Made by a program: the position numbers and the translations under genes. The notes under the pieces are model-generated. The model did no database searches, had not been told where the DNA came from, and saw only the letters and a list, made by a program, of their open reading frames with translations. A DNA stretch of 44,010 bases, taken from the NCBI GenBank assembly GCA_001871815.1, contig MNVP01000077.1, positions 439-44,448 on the forward strand. The letters run 5' to 3'. Numbering within the stretch: position 1 is the stretch's first letter; every line of letters starts with the position of its first letter. Positions 17,176 through 25,710 of the stretch are shown here, one piece after another. Origin of the DNA: Candidatus Omnitrophica bacterium CG1_02_40_15. Its GTDB lineage: Bacteria; Omnitrophota; Gorgyraeia; Gorgyraeales; Gorgyraeaceae.

Positions 17176-17277
17176 CTTCTCGACTCTGCTCCTTAGATAC
17201 GCTTTCGTGACCGCTCGAAGAATATTTGGGAACTTTATTAATATTGTTCGAGCGAGGCCGAAGGCCAAGTCGAGAAC
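17176..17277. repeat. TCGAG-core dispersed intergenic repeat, locus C
   Basis: cttctcgactctgctccttagatacgctttcgtgaccgctcgaagaatatt...aatattgttcgagcgaggccgaaggccaagtcgagaac. Fills the hisS-aspS spacer. Confidence 0.8.
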
Positions 17278-17281
17278 TATC

Positions 17282-18526
17282 TCAGCATAGTTCCGCGATT
17301 AAATTAACTAGTTCCACTTCTTTCTGGCTGCTGTTCTCCATATCCCTAATAACGACTCTTTTATTTTTGAACTCTTCCTCTCCAAGAATAACAACAAATT
17401 TAGCGCCCAGCTTTTCCGCCTTTCTCATCTGCGCTTTTAAACTTTTTGTATCATAATCTATTTCGCCTGAAATTCCAGCGTTACGCAGAGAATCTAATAA
17501 TTTAAATGCTTCATTATAAAGCATATCTCCCGCAATCGCCACAAAAACATCAACCCTTGAACTTTTAACCTTAAACTTTAAACCGTCACCGAGAGCCAGT
17601 ACCAACCTCTCCATCCCAAACGCAAATCCTATCGCGGGCGTATCTTTTCCTCCCAGCTCTTTGACCAGGTTATTATATCTTCCGCCTGCGCATATAGCGT
17701 CTTTTGCGCCAAGAGATTCCTGCGTTATTTCAAATACAGTCCTGGTGTAATAGTCAAGGCCCCTGACTATTTTATTATCCATTGTATATTCAACTCCTAT
17801 GGCGTTCAGGCCGACTTTAACTTTCTCAAAATGCTCGGCGCAATCGCTGCATAATGCGCTTTCAACCTTAACGTTCTGCGCAATAGCTTTACAGGAATCT
17901 TCTTTGCAATCAAATATCCTGAGCACATTTTTATCAAAGCGATTTTTGCAAGTCTCGCATAATTTTTCAAGATAAGGCCTGAAACTCTCTTTGTGTTTTT
18001 CCATAATTCTAATCTTATCTTTCTGGCAGCCCAGGCTGTTCAATTTTACATGAAATTTTTCAACGCCCAGTCGCTCGAGAAATCTGGCGCTAAGCGCAAT
18101 GACCTCTGCGTCAATAAACGGATTATCCGAACCTATCGCCTCAACCCCTATCTGATAAAACTGCCTCTGCCTGCCCTGCTGAGGCCTTTCGCTCCTGAAC
18201 ATCGGGCCTATATAAAATAATTTAGCAACCCCTCCGGCCTGAAACAAAGAGTTTTCTATATACGCGCGCGCAATAGAGGCTGTGGCCTCTGGCCTGAGAG
18301 CGATTATCCTGTTGCCTCTGTCAGAAAAAATATACATCTCTTTCTGGACAATATCAGTTGCATCGCCTATGCTTCTTATAAATAAAGACGCCTCTTCTAT
18401 TATAGGCGTCCTTATCTCTTTATATCCATATATATTAAATATATCCCTGCCAATAACTTCTATACGCTGCCATAAGCTTATTTCATCAGGCAGGATATCT
18501 TTTGTACCGCGGAGAGCTTTTATCAT
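17282..18526 (-). CDS. hisS: Histidine--tRNA ligase
   Basis: MIKALRGTKDILPDE... class II motifs (FRSERPQQGRQRQFYQ, GGGRYNNL). ATG 18526 is preceded by TAGGAG. The track start at 18556 is a TTG. Confidence 0.95.
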   Translation of the reverse strand: MIKALRGTKDILPDEISLWQRIEVIGRDIFNIYGYKEIRTPIIEEASLFIRSIGDATDIVQKEMYIFSDRGNRIIALRPEATASIARAYIENSLFQAGGVAKLFYIGPMFRSERPQQGRQRQFYQIGVEAIGSDNPFIDAEVIALSARFLERLGVEKFHVKLNSLGCQKDKIRIMEKHKESFRPYLEKLCETCKNRFDKNVLRIFDCKEDSCKAIAQNVKVESALCSDCAEHFEKVKVGLNAIGVEYTMDNKIVRGLDYYTRTVFEITQESLGAKDAICAGGRYNNLVKELGGKDTPAIGFAFGMERLVLALGDGLKFKVKSSRVDVFVAIAGDMLYNEAFKLLDSLRNAGISGEIDYDTKSLKAQMRKAEKLGAKFVVILGEEEFKNKRVVIRDMENSSQKEVELVNLIAELC

Positions 18527-18574
18527 ATAAACTCCTAAAACCGGCATCCGAAACAATCACTCACACCTCTTCTG

Positions 18575-18859
18575 TCATTTTACCTTTGCTTTCATTACCA
18601 AGCCTGGTTTAAATACAGCTACTCTTTTAGGCTGGACAGGCACCTGCGCGCCTGTCCTTGGGTTGCGGCCCATGCGGCCTTTTCTTGATTTTGTTTTAAA
18701 CACCCCAAAATTCCTGAGTTCTATTTTTTCGCCTCTAGCCAAGGTGTCAATTATAACATCGAATATCATCTGCACAACTTTTTTAACATCTATCTGCTTG
18801 ATATTGGTGTCAGTTGCAATCTTTATTACAATGTCTTTTTTGGTCATGCTTTTAGCCAT
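18575..18859 (-). CDS. HU/IHF-family DNA-bending protein
   Basis: 94 aa. ...IELRNFGVFKTKSRKGRMGRNPRTGAQVPVQPKRVAVFKPG is the HU/IHF beta-arm signature. Confidence 0.88.
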   Translation of the reverse strand: MAKSMTKKDIVIKIATDTNIKQIDVKKVVQMIFDVIIDTLARGEKIELRNFGVFKTKSRKGRMGRNPRTGAQVPVQPKRVAVFKPGLVMKAKVK

Positions 18860-18905
18860 GCCTAACCCCCTTTTTTTTGTTATAATATTTCACTCATGGA
18901 AAGTG

Positions 18906-18934
18906 GTAAGGAACGGTTTCAAACCGTTCCTTAC
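18906..18934. repeat. REP-like palindrome, copy 4 (GTAAGG variant, IHF/HU 5' leader)
   Basis: gtaaggaacggttt-c-aaaccgttccttac, perfect 14-nt arms. Confidence 0.8.
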
Positions 18935-18988
18935 ATTATGCAACTTTAGGCAACATCCATGATGTAACCCCTTATAAATACAATGGGT

Positions 18989-19017
18989 AGTGTAACAGGT
19001 TGAACTGCTATTGTCAA
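18989..19017 (-). promoter_or_regulatory. Sigma-70-type promoter candidate for IHF/HU gene
   Basis: Minus strand: TTGACA (19017-19012), 17-nt spacer, TACACT (18994-18989). Lies just downstream of the terminator at 19035-19070. Confidence 0.55.
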
Positions 19018-19034
19018 ATGAATTCCAACAACTC

Positions 19035-19070
19035 AAGAAAAATCTGCCCGCTAAAGAACACAGCGGGCAG
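19035..19070 (-). terminator. Rho-independent terminator after the GH57 (681 aa) gene
   Basis: Minus strand: CTGCCCGCT-gtgttcttt-AGCGGGCAG followed by ATTTTTCTT. Starts 5 nt after the TAA at 19076-19078. Confidence 0.8.
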
Positions 19071-19075
19071 AAACT

Positions 19076-21121
19076 TTAACAGATTTTCCGCAAAAATGAC
19101 CAGATTATGCTAAAACTGACTTGTTTACAGCTAGGAATCTTGGCATTCCACCTTGGCAAGATACAGGACGATTGGTAGTTAAGTTCGTAGGCCCTTTCAG
19201 ACTGAGATACTGTCTTGACGGGAAAATACCATATGTTTTCCGGCTTTTTAGAAAATGTAAAATCGATATCTAATTCCTTGCCTGAATCCTTTATTGAGAA
19301 TGAGCTAGTTTCGGAAACCGAACCTTTTTCATTGAGGTTGCTTAGGATCTTATCGCCCGTAGAATAATTATATCTGTCTGAATTTAAATAAGGCATTGTC
19401 AGGTTAAATTCCACTCCAAAAATCGCATCAATCGTGCCCTTGCTTAAATTTTTTAAACTATACTCGATTTCTATCTGCGACTTACCTTTTAATTTTATCC
19501 CCTTAATAATAGCTATAGTTTTACCGCCCACTTTGCCTTTTCTTGTAAGCGTAATCTTATCCAATTCTATTTTAGCTTTATAACTGGCATTTACAAAATC
19601 GCCAAGCTCTTCATATTTCAAATCTATAAAATCGTCTATTGTAACGTTTTCGGAAATAAAATGATCTACAAGGCACCCTTTTATATATTTATCGTACACA
19701 AATTTGTCTTTTAATCCAGGATCAACAGCCTTTATGTCTTCATGGATTGTGCGTACAACATTAGGATCGCTTGACTGGCCCATCTTTGCGAGTATTTTCT
19801 TATGATATTCCTCTTCATGCCTTGCAAGGCTATTAACCAGATTAATGGATAATGGTTTATAATCTAATTCTCTTATAATTCCGCCTCTTTGGGGATCGAT
19901 ATAAATTGAAAAATTATTGCTTTCAATAATAAAAGACTTGGTCTTATCTTTATATAAATCAACCTTTTTTATATCTTCCCAATCTTTTTTATCTTTATGC
20001 AGCATTTCGTCTGCTATTTTGTCAGCATTTATAAGATGTTCGTAAATCGCTTTTCTAAGATGGTAAAGATAAAGCCCGCCGAATACGCCGTGCCAGTAAG
20101 CGCAGTTGCACTGGCCTTTGTATAATTCGCGTAGAGCTAACTTTTTACGCTCTATGCTCCATGCTCCATGCTCTATGCCATTAATTTTTTCGCTCACATA
20201 ATGCATTTTACTCGCCATATGATTGGTTTCCGGGTATTTCTTAAGAAAATTCATCCAGGATCCGTGCGACCACTCCATCATCTCCTGGTATGACGCCTCT
20301 GGAATCTTTATTTTTTTTGTAGGGACAGAACAATGTTCTGTCCCTACAAGATAATCTGAGAACTTAATTGTTTCCAACCAGTCCTTATTCTTCATGAGCT
20401 CTTCAAAAAACTTATTAAGCCAGCCTTGTTTATAAACCCAATCATGAGTAAAAGGCCACTCCCCGAATTTTTCGGCATCATCGCCATATGTAAGTAGGGG
20501 GCGGTCATTGACCGCTCCTACTTGCTTGAAATAATTTATTAACTCATGAGGCATCTTAAAAGGTATCATATAACGAAGTTTTTTGCTGGAAGGGAATATA
20601 GCTATTTCCTTTCCTTTCTCTCCTGTTGTAAAATATCCAAACAGCTCATCTTCTTTTAAACCGGCCATTATAAAATGTTCATCATCCAGTATTGAATATT
20701 TCATGCCGGCCCTATTAAAATCTTTGCTGAGCTCAGGCGACCAGACCCTTTCAGGGGTCCACATGCCCTGAACTTTTTGCTTGAATCTTTTTTTAATATA
20801 CTCTGTCATCATCTTTATCTGGCCAGCTCTATCTTTCTCCGGTATGCTTATAAAAATAGGCTCGTAATACCCTCCGCCTATAATCTCCACCTGGCCTCTA
20901 TCTACCATCGCTTTAACCCTGTCTAAAAAATCAGGGTGATTGTCTTCGAAATAATCCAGAAGGCATCCGGAAAAATGAAACGCCATTTTTATATCTGGAT
21001 ATCTTTCGAATACGTCCAGGAAACTTTTGTAGCAATTTTGATAAGCCCTTTCTACAATGTTATCAAAATTACCTATAGGCTGGTGAAAATGTAGACACAT
21101 CCCAAAATATATTTTATTCAT
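19076..21121 (-). CDS. GH57 alpha-amylase / 4-alpha-glucanotransferase-type enzyme
   Basis: 681 aa. All five GH57 conserved regions are present: HFHQP, GQVEIIGGGYYEP, WTPERVW (Glu nucleophile), GDDAEKFG (Asp acid/base), CNCAYWHGVFGG. Confidence 0.88.
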   Translation of the reverse strand: MNKIYFGMCLHFHQPIGNFDNIVERAYQNCYKSFLDVFERYPDIKMAFHFSGCLLDYFEDNHPDFLDRVKAMVDRGQVEIIGGGYYEPIFISIPEKDRAGQIKMMTEYIKKRFKQKVQGMWTPERVWSPELSKDFNRAGMKYSILDDEHFIMAGLKEDELFGYFTTGEKGKEIAIFPSSKKLRYMIPFKMPHELINYFKQVGAVNDRPLLTYGDDAEKFGEWPFTHDWVYKQGWLNKFFEELMKNKDWLETIKFSDYLVGTEHCSVPTKKIKIPEASYQEMMEWSHGSWMNFLKKYPETNHMASKMHYVSEKINGIEHGAWSIERKKLALRELYKGQCNCAYWHGVFGGLYLYHLRKAIYEHLINADKIADEMLHKDKKDWEDIKKVDLYKDKTKSFIIESNNFSIYIDPQRGGIIRELDYKPLSINLVNSLARHEEEYHKKILAKMGQSSDPNVVRTIHEDIKAVDPGLKDKFVYDKYIKGCLVDHFISENVTIDDFIDLKYEELGDFVNASYKAKIELDKITLTRKGKVGGKTIAIIKGIKLKGKSQIEIEYSLKNLSKGTIDAIFGVEFNLTMPYLNSDRYNYSTGDKILSNLNEKGSVSETSSFSIKDSGKELDIDFTFSKKPENIWYFPVKTVSQSERAYELNYQSSCILPRWNAKIPSCKQVSFSIIWSFLRKIC
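20319..20347. repeat. REP-like palindrome, copy 5 (in frame inside GH57-681)
   Basis: gtagggacagaaca-a-tgttctgtccctac. Translated as VGTEHCSVPT. Differs from copy 3 by a compensated pair (C/G to A/T). Confidence 0.85.
20494..20521. repeat. REP-like palindrome, copy 6 (in frame inside GH57-681)
   Basis: gtagggggcggtcattgaccgctcctac. Translated as VGAVNDRPL, directly N-terminal to the GDDAEKFG catalytic region. Confidence 0.8.
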
Positions 21122-21148
21122 ATTGCTATCTACCTTTATCGCGTTACT

Positions 21149-21257
21149 AATCGCGGAAACACGCGGAACATAACGCAGAACTACGCAGAAATTAAACTCT
21201 AATTTCCGCGTTTTTCCGCGTCTGGCCGAAAGCCAGCTTCCGCGTAGTTCCGCGATT
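21149..21257. repeat. CGCGGAA decamer-periodic long hairpin element, copy b
   Basis: Forward strand: CGCGGAA-aca-CGCGGAA (21152-21168), CGCAGAA-cta-CGCAGAA (21174-21190), TTCCGCG-ttt-TTCCGCG (21204-21220), side hairpin tctggccgaaagccag, TTCCGCG-tag-TTCCGCG (21238-21254). Outer and inner pairs are mutually complementary. Confidence 0.85.
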
Positions 21258-21259
21258 CT

Positions 21260-22690
21260 TCACAGGTTTTTATATAACTTCAGATATTGTTCTGCTGATG
21301 ATTCCCATGAATAATCGCAAGATACGCAGTTTTTAAGGAGCGTGTTCCAGAGTCTTTTATTCTTAAACACAGCCACTGCTTCTTTAATGGCGCTTAGAAA
21401 CGCCTCATTGGTAGCATCTTTAAATTTAAACCCATTCCCTTTTTTAGTAGCAGGATTGAAATTCTGAATCGTATCGTCCATGCCTCCTACGGCCCTTACT
21501 ACAGGAACTGTAGCATATTTAAGGCTATACATCTGGTTTAATCCGCACGGCTCATATCTGGAAGGCATTAAAAACATATCAGCGCCTGCTTCTATCTTAT
21601 GAGACAGCGCGTTATCAAATTTTATGCTCACGCCGACTTTGCCTTTATATTCTTTAGCCAGGCCCTGAAATATATTATTATATTTCTCATCGCCAAATCC
21701 AAGTATAACAAAATCGCTATCCTTTAAAATATCCTTCATTATATTTACAACCAGGTCTATGCCCTTTTGCTCTGCAAGCCTTGTTATCATAGCTATAATA
21801 GGCCTTTTGGCGCTATATTTTATTTCAAATGCCTTGGCCAGGTCTTTTTTGCATTCAATCTTGCCGCTAAGGTCATTTTCATCAAATTTTTTAGCTATAA
21901 ATTTATCATTAGCCGGGTTCCACACAGAATAATCCACCCCGTTTATTATTCCATAAAGATTTTTTTCTTTTACCCTTAATAACCCATCCAAACCGCATCC
22001 AAACTCAGGAGTAAGTATTTCCCTGCTATAGCCTTTACTCACAGTGCTTATAGCGTCCGAAAAAACTATACCTGATTTCATAAAACTCAATTTATCCCAG
22101 AATTCAACTCCGGATGTGGTAAATAAATCCCAGGAAATATCCAAATACGGCACTACATCTTTAACGAAAAGCCCCTGGTAAACCATGTTATGTATTGTAA
22201 AAAGAATCTTTGTCTTATTGAACATGGCGTCATTCTGATGATGGGTTTTAATATATAGAGGCACTAGGCCTGACTGCCAGTCATTACAATGCAATACATC
22301 CTGCTTGCCTATATAAGGTATGGATGCCAGTATTGCTTTTGCGTAAAAACTAAACCTGAATGCATTATCCTGATAATCTGCTTGAGGCGTGCCGTATAAA
22401 AATTCCCTGTCATAATATTCATTTTTCTCTATAAAATATACATCCACTCCATTATGCTTTAACAAAAGAAGATTAAAAAGCTCTTCTCTATTATTTATCC
22501 TTAAAGATATATTCTTTTTAAACACAGCCGGCTTAAAGCCGTTTTTCTTGACTAACTGATAATAAGGAAGAATAGCGCTCGCCTTATGGCCTTTTCTAGC
22601 GATTGCTTCAGGCAAAGCTCCCGCTACGTCTGCCAGCCCGCCTGTTTTAGCAAAAGGAAAAACCTCCGGGGAAACAAATAAAATATTCAT
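21260..22690 (-). CDS. glgA: Glycogen synthase (GT5, GlgA-type)
   Basis: 476 aa. N-terminus MNILFVSPEVFPFAKTGGLADVAGALP carries the KTGGL motif. C-terminal PSRYEPCGLNQM. Confidence 0.92.
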   Translation of the reverse strand: MNILFVSPEVFPFAKTGGLADVAGALPEAIARKGHKASAILPYYQLVKKNGFKPAVFKKNISLRINNREELFNLLLLKHNGVDVYFIEKNEYYDREFLYGTPQADYQDNAFRFSFYAKAILASIPYIGKQDVLHCNDWQSGLVPLYIKTHHQNDAMFNKTKILFTIHNMVYQGLFVKDVVPYLDISWDLFTTSGVEFWDKLSFMKSGIVFSDAISTVSKGYSREILTPEFGCGLDGLLRVKEKNLYGIINGVDYSVWNPANDKFIAKKFDENDLSGKIECKKDLAKAFEIKYSAKRPIIAMITRLAEQKGIDLVVNIMKDILKDSDFVILGFGDEKYNNIFQGLAKEYKGKVGVSIKFDNALSHKIEAGADMFLMPSRYEPCGLNQMYSLKYATVPVVRAVGGMDDTIQNFNPATKKGNGFKFKDATNEAFLSAIKEAVAVFKNKRLWNTLLKNCVSCDYSWESSAEQYLKLYKNL

Positions 22691-22708
22691 ATCTATCCTT
22701 TCATAAAT

Positions 22709-22775
22709 AGCTGTAAGTTTTAAGCTGTAAGCTATAAGTTTTTCTTACAGCTTATGGCTTATAGCTTAAAGCTGT
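22709..22775. repeat. Heptamer-periodic hairpin, AGCT type, copy b
   Basis: agctgta agtttta agctgta agctata agttttt cttac agcttat ggcttat agcttaa agctgt. Fills the spacer between the GH57 (403 aa) gene and glgA. Confidence 0.78.
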
Positions 22776-22789
22776 CTTTTTATTGAGTT

Positions 22790-24001
22790 TTAAGTTAATA
22801 TCTCGTCTCTAATCTTCCCCGCAATATACCTTGCCGCAATCACTTTTTTGTAGAGCTTTTTCTTTTCGGAATCTCTGCAGCCTGAACTGGCTACTGCAAG
22901 ATATGCGTTCAATATTGCTTCTTCCTGTAAAATAAGGCCTTTATTTATAAGATTTTCGTTCCACATCTTGCCTTTATTAGCCCACCAGAACTGGCAGCTG
23001 TGTAAAGCCATATCCAATGTCTCACGGCCTGTATTAAAAAAGGCTTCGCTTTTTTCACTATCTTTTTTATTCTGCGCCTGTTGTAATATTTCAAAACATA
23101 TATCTATATGCTCCCATTGCAATCTATGAATATTATTATGAGGCGTATTCCATAATGGATAATAATTTCCTGCCATGATTTCTTCGTTAGTGGTGCTCCA
23201 GGAAGAAGGTTTAGGAGGCTTTGTCTTTACTGAAGGAAACCTTTCCAGTAGATAACTGATATTTACCGCCTTTATATCGTCAGAATCCTTTATAATCTCA
23301 TAAAGAGCTGCCAGAAATATATTTTCCCAGCCATGTATATGATGGCCAAATGTCTCCGCGTCCATTGCTGTTACTATATAACTATCTTCTTTTCCCTTAG
23401 CAAGCTCTTTAATCCTTGATGCAAATCCCATGGCATCAATATTCTTAAAACTGACCATATTGCTGATTATATCGTCTCTGAAAAATGTCTTCATGGAGGC
23501 TGAGCCGAGTTTAAAAGTTGGCGCATAATCCATAGGCCATTTACCCTGGCATGCAATACCACTCACTATAACCCATTCATAACCCATGCCTCTTACAATA
23601 GAGGCTGTTTCATCAGAGTAACACATCTCTGGCAGAAAAAATCCTTTTGGCCTATAACTATCTTTAAAAAAATAGAGGTTTGTCTCTTTATTTAATTCTA
23701 TCTGACGCCTGGCTTCTTTTTTAGGTATCAAAGGCAGTATTGCGTGGAATTTTGCAGATTCAACAAACTCAACCTGGCCTCGCTCTCCAAGCTCTCTGAG
23801 GCCCGTTACAATATCCCCATAACCATGGATACTCAGCATTTCAGTAAGCACCCCGCACATATTTACAGTAACTCTGGATTCAGGATGCTCTTCAAATACC
23901 TTTACTAACGGCCTATAGGATTCTTCGCAAATCTTTCTAAGGACATTATGGGACTGCGTCGGAGGCTGGTAAAAATGTAGAAGCGGCGCCCAGTATATCA
24001 T
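22790..24001 (-). CDS. GH57-family glycoside hydrolase (403-aa paralogue)
   Basis: HFYQPP, GQVEFVES, FLPEMCY, MDAETFGHH and HSCQFWW correspond to GH57 regions I-V, with Glu and Asp retained. Confidence 0.8.
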   Translation of the reverse strand: MIYWAPLLHFYQPPTQSHNVLRKICEESYRPLVKVFEEHPESRVTVNMCGVLTEMLSIHGYGDIVTGLRELGERGQVEFVESAKFHAILPLIPKKEARRQIELNKETNLYFFKDSYRPKGFFLPEMCYSDETASIVRGMGYEWVIVSGIACQGKWPMDYAPTFKLGSASMKTFFRDDIISNMVSFKNIDAMGFASRIKELAKGKEDSYIVTAMDAETFGHHIHGWENIFLAALYEIIKDSDDIKAVNISYLLERFPSVKTKPPKPSSWSTTNEEIMAGNYYPLWNTPHNNIHRLQWEHIDICFEILQQAQNKKDSEKSEAFFNTGRETLDMALHSCQFWWANKGKMWNENLINKGLILQEEAILNAYLAVASSGCRDSEKKKLYKKVIAARYIAGKIRDEILT

Positions 24002-24189
24002 TTTACTCCAAGATCTTCCTTTACTAACCTTTCAGCATTAAGCCAGTCTTCCAGGTCATTGCCAGATTGACATCCTCTTTTTTCATAAATTTCGTACGCC
24101 TTTTTCTGGACAAGCTGCATAAATTCTTCGCGGCTGGCACGATTTTCATTATTATCCAGCGATAAGACTTTCTTCAGTTTCTTTATCAT
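23998..24189 (-). CDS. DUF2934-like small protein
   Basis: 63 aa. ...KKAYEIYEKRGCQSGNDLEDWLNAERLV matches the DUF2934 A-x-Y-x-RG-x(n)-DW-x-AE pattern. ATGA overlap with the downstream GH57 gene. Confidence 0.6.
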   Translation of the reverse strand: MIKKLKKVLSLDNNENRASREEFMQLVQKKAYEIYEKRGCQSGNDLEDWLNAERLVKEDLGVK

Positions 24190-24206
24190 CTTTCCTCCTT
24201 GTGTTT

Positions 24207-24235
24207 GTAGGGGGCGGTTTCAAACCGTCCCCTAC
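24207..24235. repeat. REP-like palindrome, copy 7 (contains the TAG stop of GH57-444)
   Basis: gtagggggcggttt-c-aaaccgtcccctac. The CTA at 24232-24234 is the stop codon of the upstream gene. Confidence 0.85.
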
Positions 24236-25566
24236 CCATTTATTATTTCCATCCCCCTGCGGCAGATCTCTTTTGCGTAATCTGTCCATACGCCAGCGCC
24301 CCAATAACGGAAACAGCTAGTCTCGGACAACAATAAATAAAAAAGCGCTTTTTTGTATGTAGGGGCGGCCAGTGACCGCCCCCTACTCAATTCATCATCA
24401 AATTTCTTATGAAATGCTGCGCTAAACTTGGTTATAGGGTCCATTATATCTTCGTAACCCTTTACCCAATCCTTATCATTTGTCCATGATGCCTTTTCTA
24501 GGCTGAAACCTGGGTATTTTTGTTTCACTTTTTCAATAGCCCTGTCAGCTGCGCCATGAGAATATTCCTTTAAAAATTCCCAGATCTTACTCTGAGAAAC
24601 AGGTTCTACAGGCATAAATGATTTTTCGTCCAAGCCAGCTTGCTTTACTAACTTAAGATACTCTGTTCCATTCATGCCGACTGTGCCATCACAGCCTGTT
24701 TCTCGAAAAGCCTTCTTATACGCTTCTGGAAATTCATTCATCATTACTCCGCCGTTTTCCCCGTCTCCTATTTGAGCTACAAAACTCGGGATGTCCAGCC
24801 CGCAGTATTTCTCATGGCCTAAAGTCTTGGCTTCGTAATATGGCTGCATCTGGCCAATGAGTTTATTATCAGACCCTTGAGTCTTTATAATAACTGTTAT
24901 CTCAGCCTTTTCTCCCAGAGAATTTTTAGCGACTAATTTATGCGGGAAATGCGGCCTTCTTATAGAGCTCCCGTCCATGTTTTCTATTGTGTGCTCCTGT
25001 ACCATCAGCCACCTGTACCCGCGCTCTTTCAAAACCTTTACATACTCAAAACACACATCAGGATGTATGGGGAGATGCATCTCGGGGCTAGAAAACCCTT
25101 TAACATTTTTAAGGGCTTTTTGGCCAAATATTGACGCAAAATAATCCTGCCATTCTTTTATATGAAGTTTTATATCTGGAACAGGTGTAGAACTAACTAC
25201 AGAATGCGACCACATTGTCCCGAGCCATTCCACATATCCAGAATATTTTTTATCACAGGTAACGAGCTTGAGATTATCCAAAACCCTTTCTTCGCCCATA
25301 TCCTTAAGGCCCCAGAGAAGATTCCCGGAATAATCCAGCATGATCCTTGGATTTTTACCTTCGCCTGAAAGTTCTCTTACGAAATCAGCTATCCTTGAAT
25401 AACAATTCAAAAATACAGGCGCATTGTGATTGTCTCCGACATTCTGATGCTCCATCATATACTGCAAATTAGAAATCAGCTTCGCTGTCCTAATATCAGA
25501 GCCGCCTGCTGGAATTATTGGCTGATGCATATGAAGCGCTATACCAAAACATGACTTTATTTTCAT
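24232..25566 (-). CDS. GH57-like glycoside hydrolase (444-aa divergent paralogue)
   Basis: HMHQP (region I), SSPEMH (candidate nucleophile Glu), GDGENGG (region IV-like), SCFRYWG (region V-like). More divergent than the other three paralogues. Confidence 0.7.
   Translation of the reverse strand: MKIKSCFGIALHMHQPIIPAGGSDIRTAKLISNLQYMMEHQNVGDNHNAPVFLNCYSRIADFVRELSGEGKNPRIMLDYSGNLLWGLKDMGEERVLDNLKLVTCDKKYSGYVEWLGTMWSHSVVSSTPVPDIKLHIKEWQDYFASIFGQKALKNVKGFSSPEMHLPIHPDVCFEYVKVLKERGYRWLMVQEHTIENMDGSSIRRPHFPHKLVAKNSLGEKAEITVIIKTQGSDNKLIGQMQPYYEAKTLGHEKYCGLDIPSFVAQIGDGENGGVMMNEFPEAYKKAFRETGCDGTVGMNGTEYLKLVKQAGLDEKSFMPVEPVSQSKIWEFLKEYSHGAADRAIEKVKQKYPGFSLEKASWTNDKDWVKGYEDIMDPITKFSAAFHKKFDDELSRGRSLAAPTYKKALFYLLLSETSCFRYWGAGVWTDYAKEICRRGMEIING
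24359..24386. repeat. REP-like palindrome, copy 8 (in frame inside GH57-444)
   Basis: gtaggggcggccagtgaccgccccctac. Translated as RGRSLAAPT. Confidence 0.8.
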
Positions 25567-25579
25567 TTTAGTTCACTTT

Positions 25580-25710
25580 CTTCTCGACGCTGCTCTTATG
25601 GCATACTCTCGTGTCCGCCCGAAGAATATTGCAGATGACTTCTTATATCTCCTATCTTTAATATTGTTCGAGCAGACAACTCGACTATACACATAAGCTC
25701 AGTCGAGAAC
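25580..25710. repeat. TCGAG-core dispersed repeat, locus D (overlaps 3' end of the GH57 branching-enzyme gene)
   Basis: cttctcgacgctgctcttatggcatactctcgtgtccgcccgaagaatatt...aatattgttcgagcagacaactcgactatacacataagctcagtcgagaac. The last 8 codons (SSRLSLCV) and the TAG of the 25685-27304 gene lie inside it. Confidence 0.8.
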
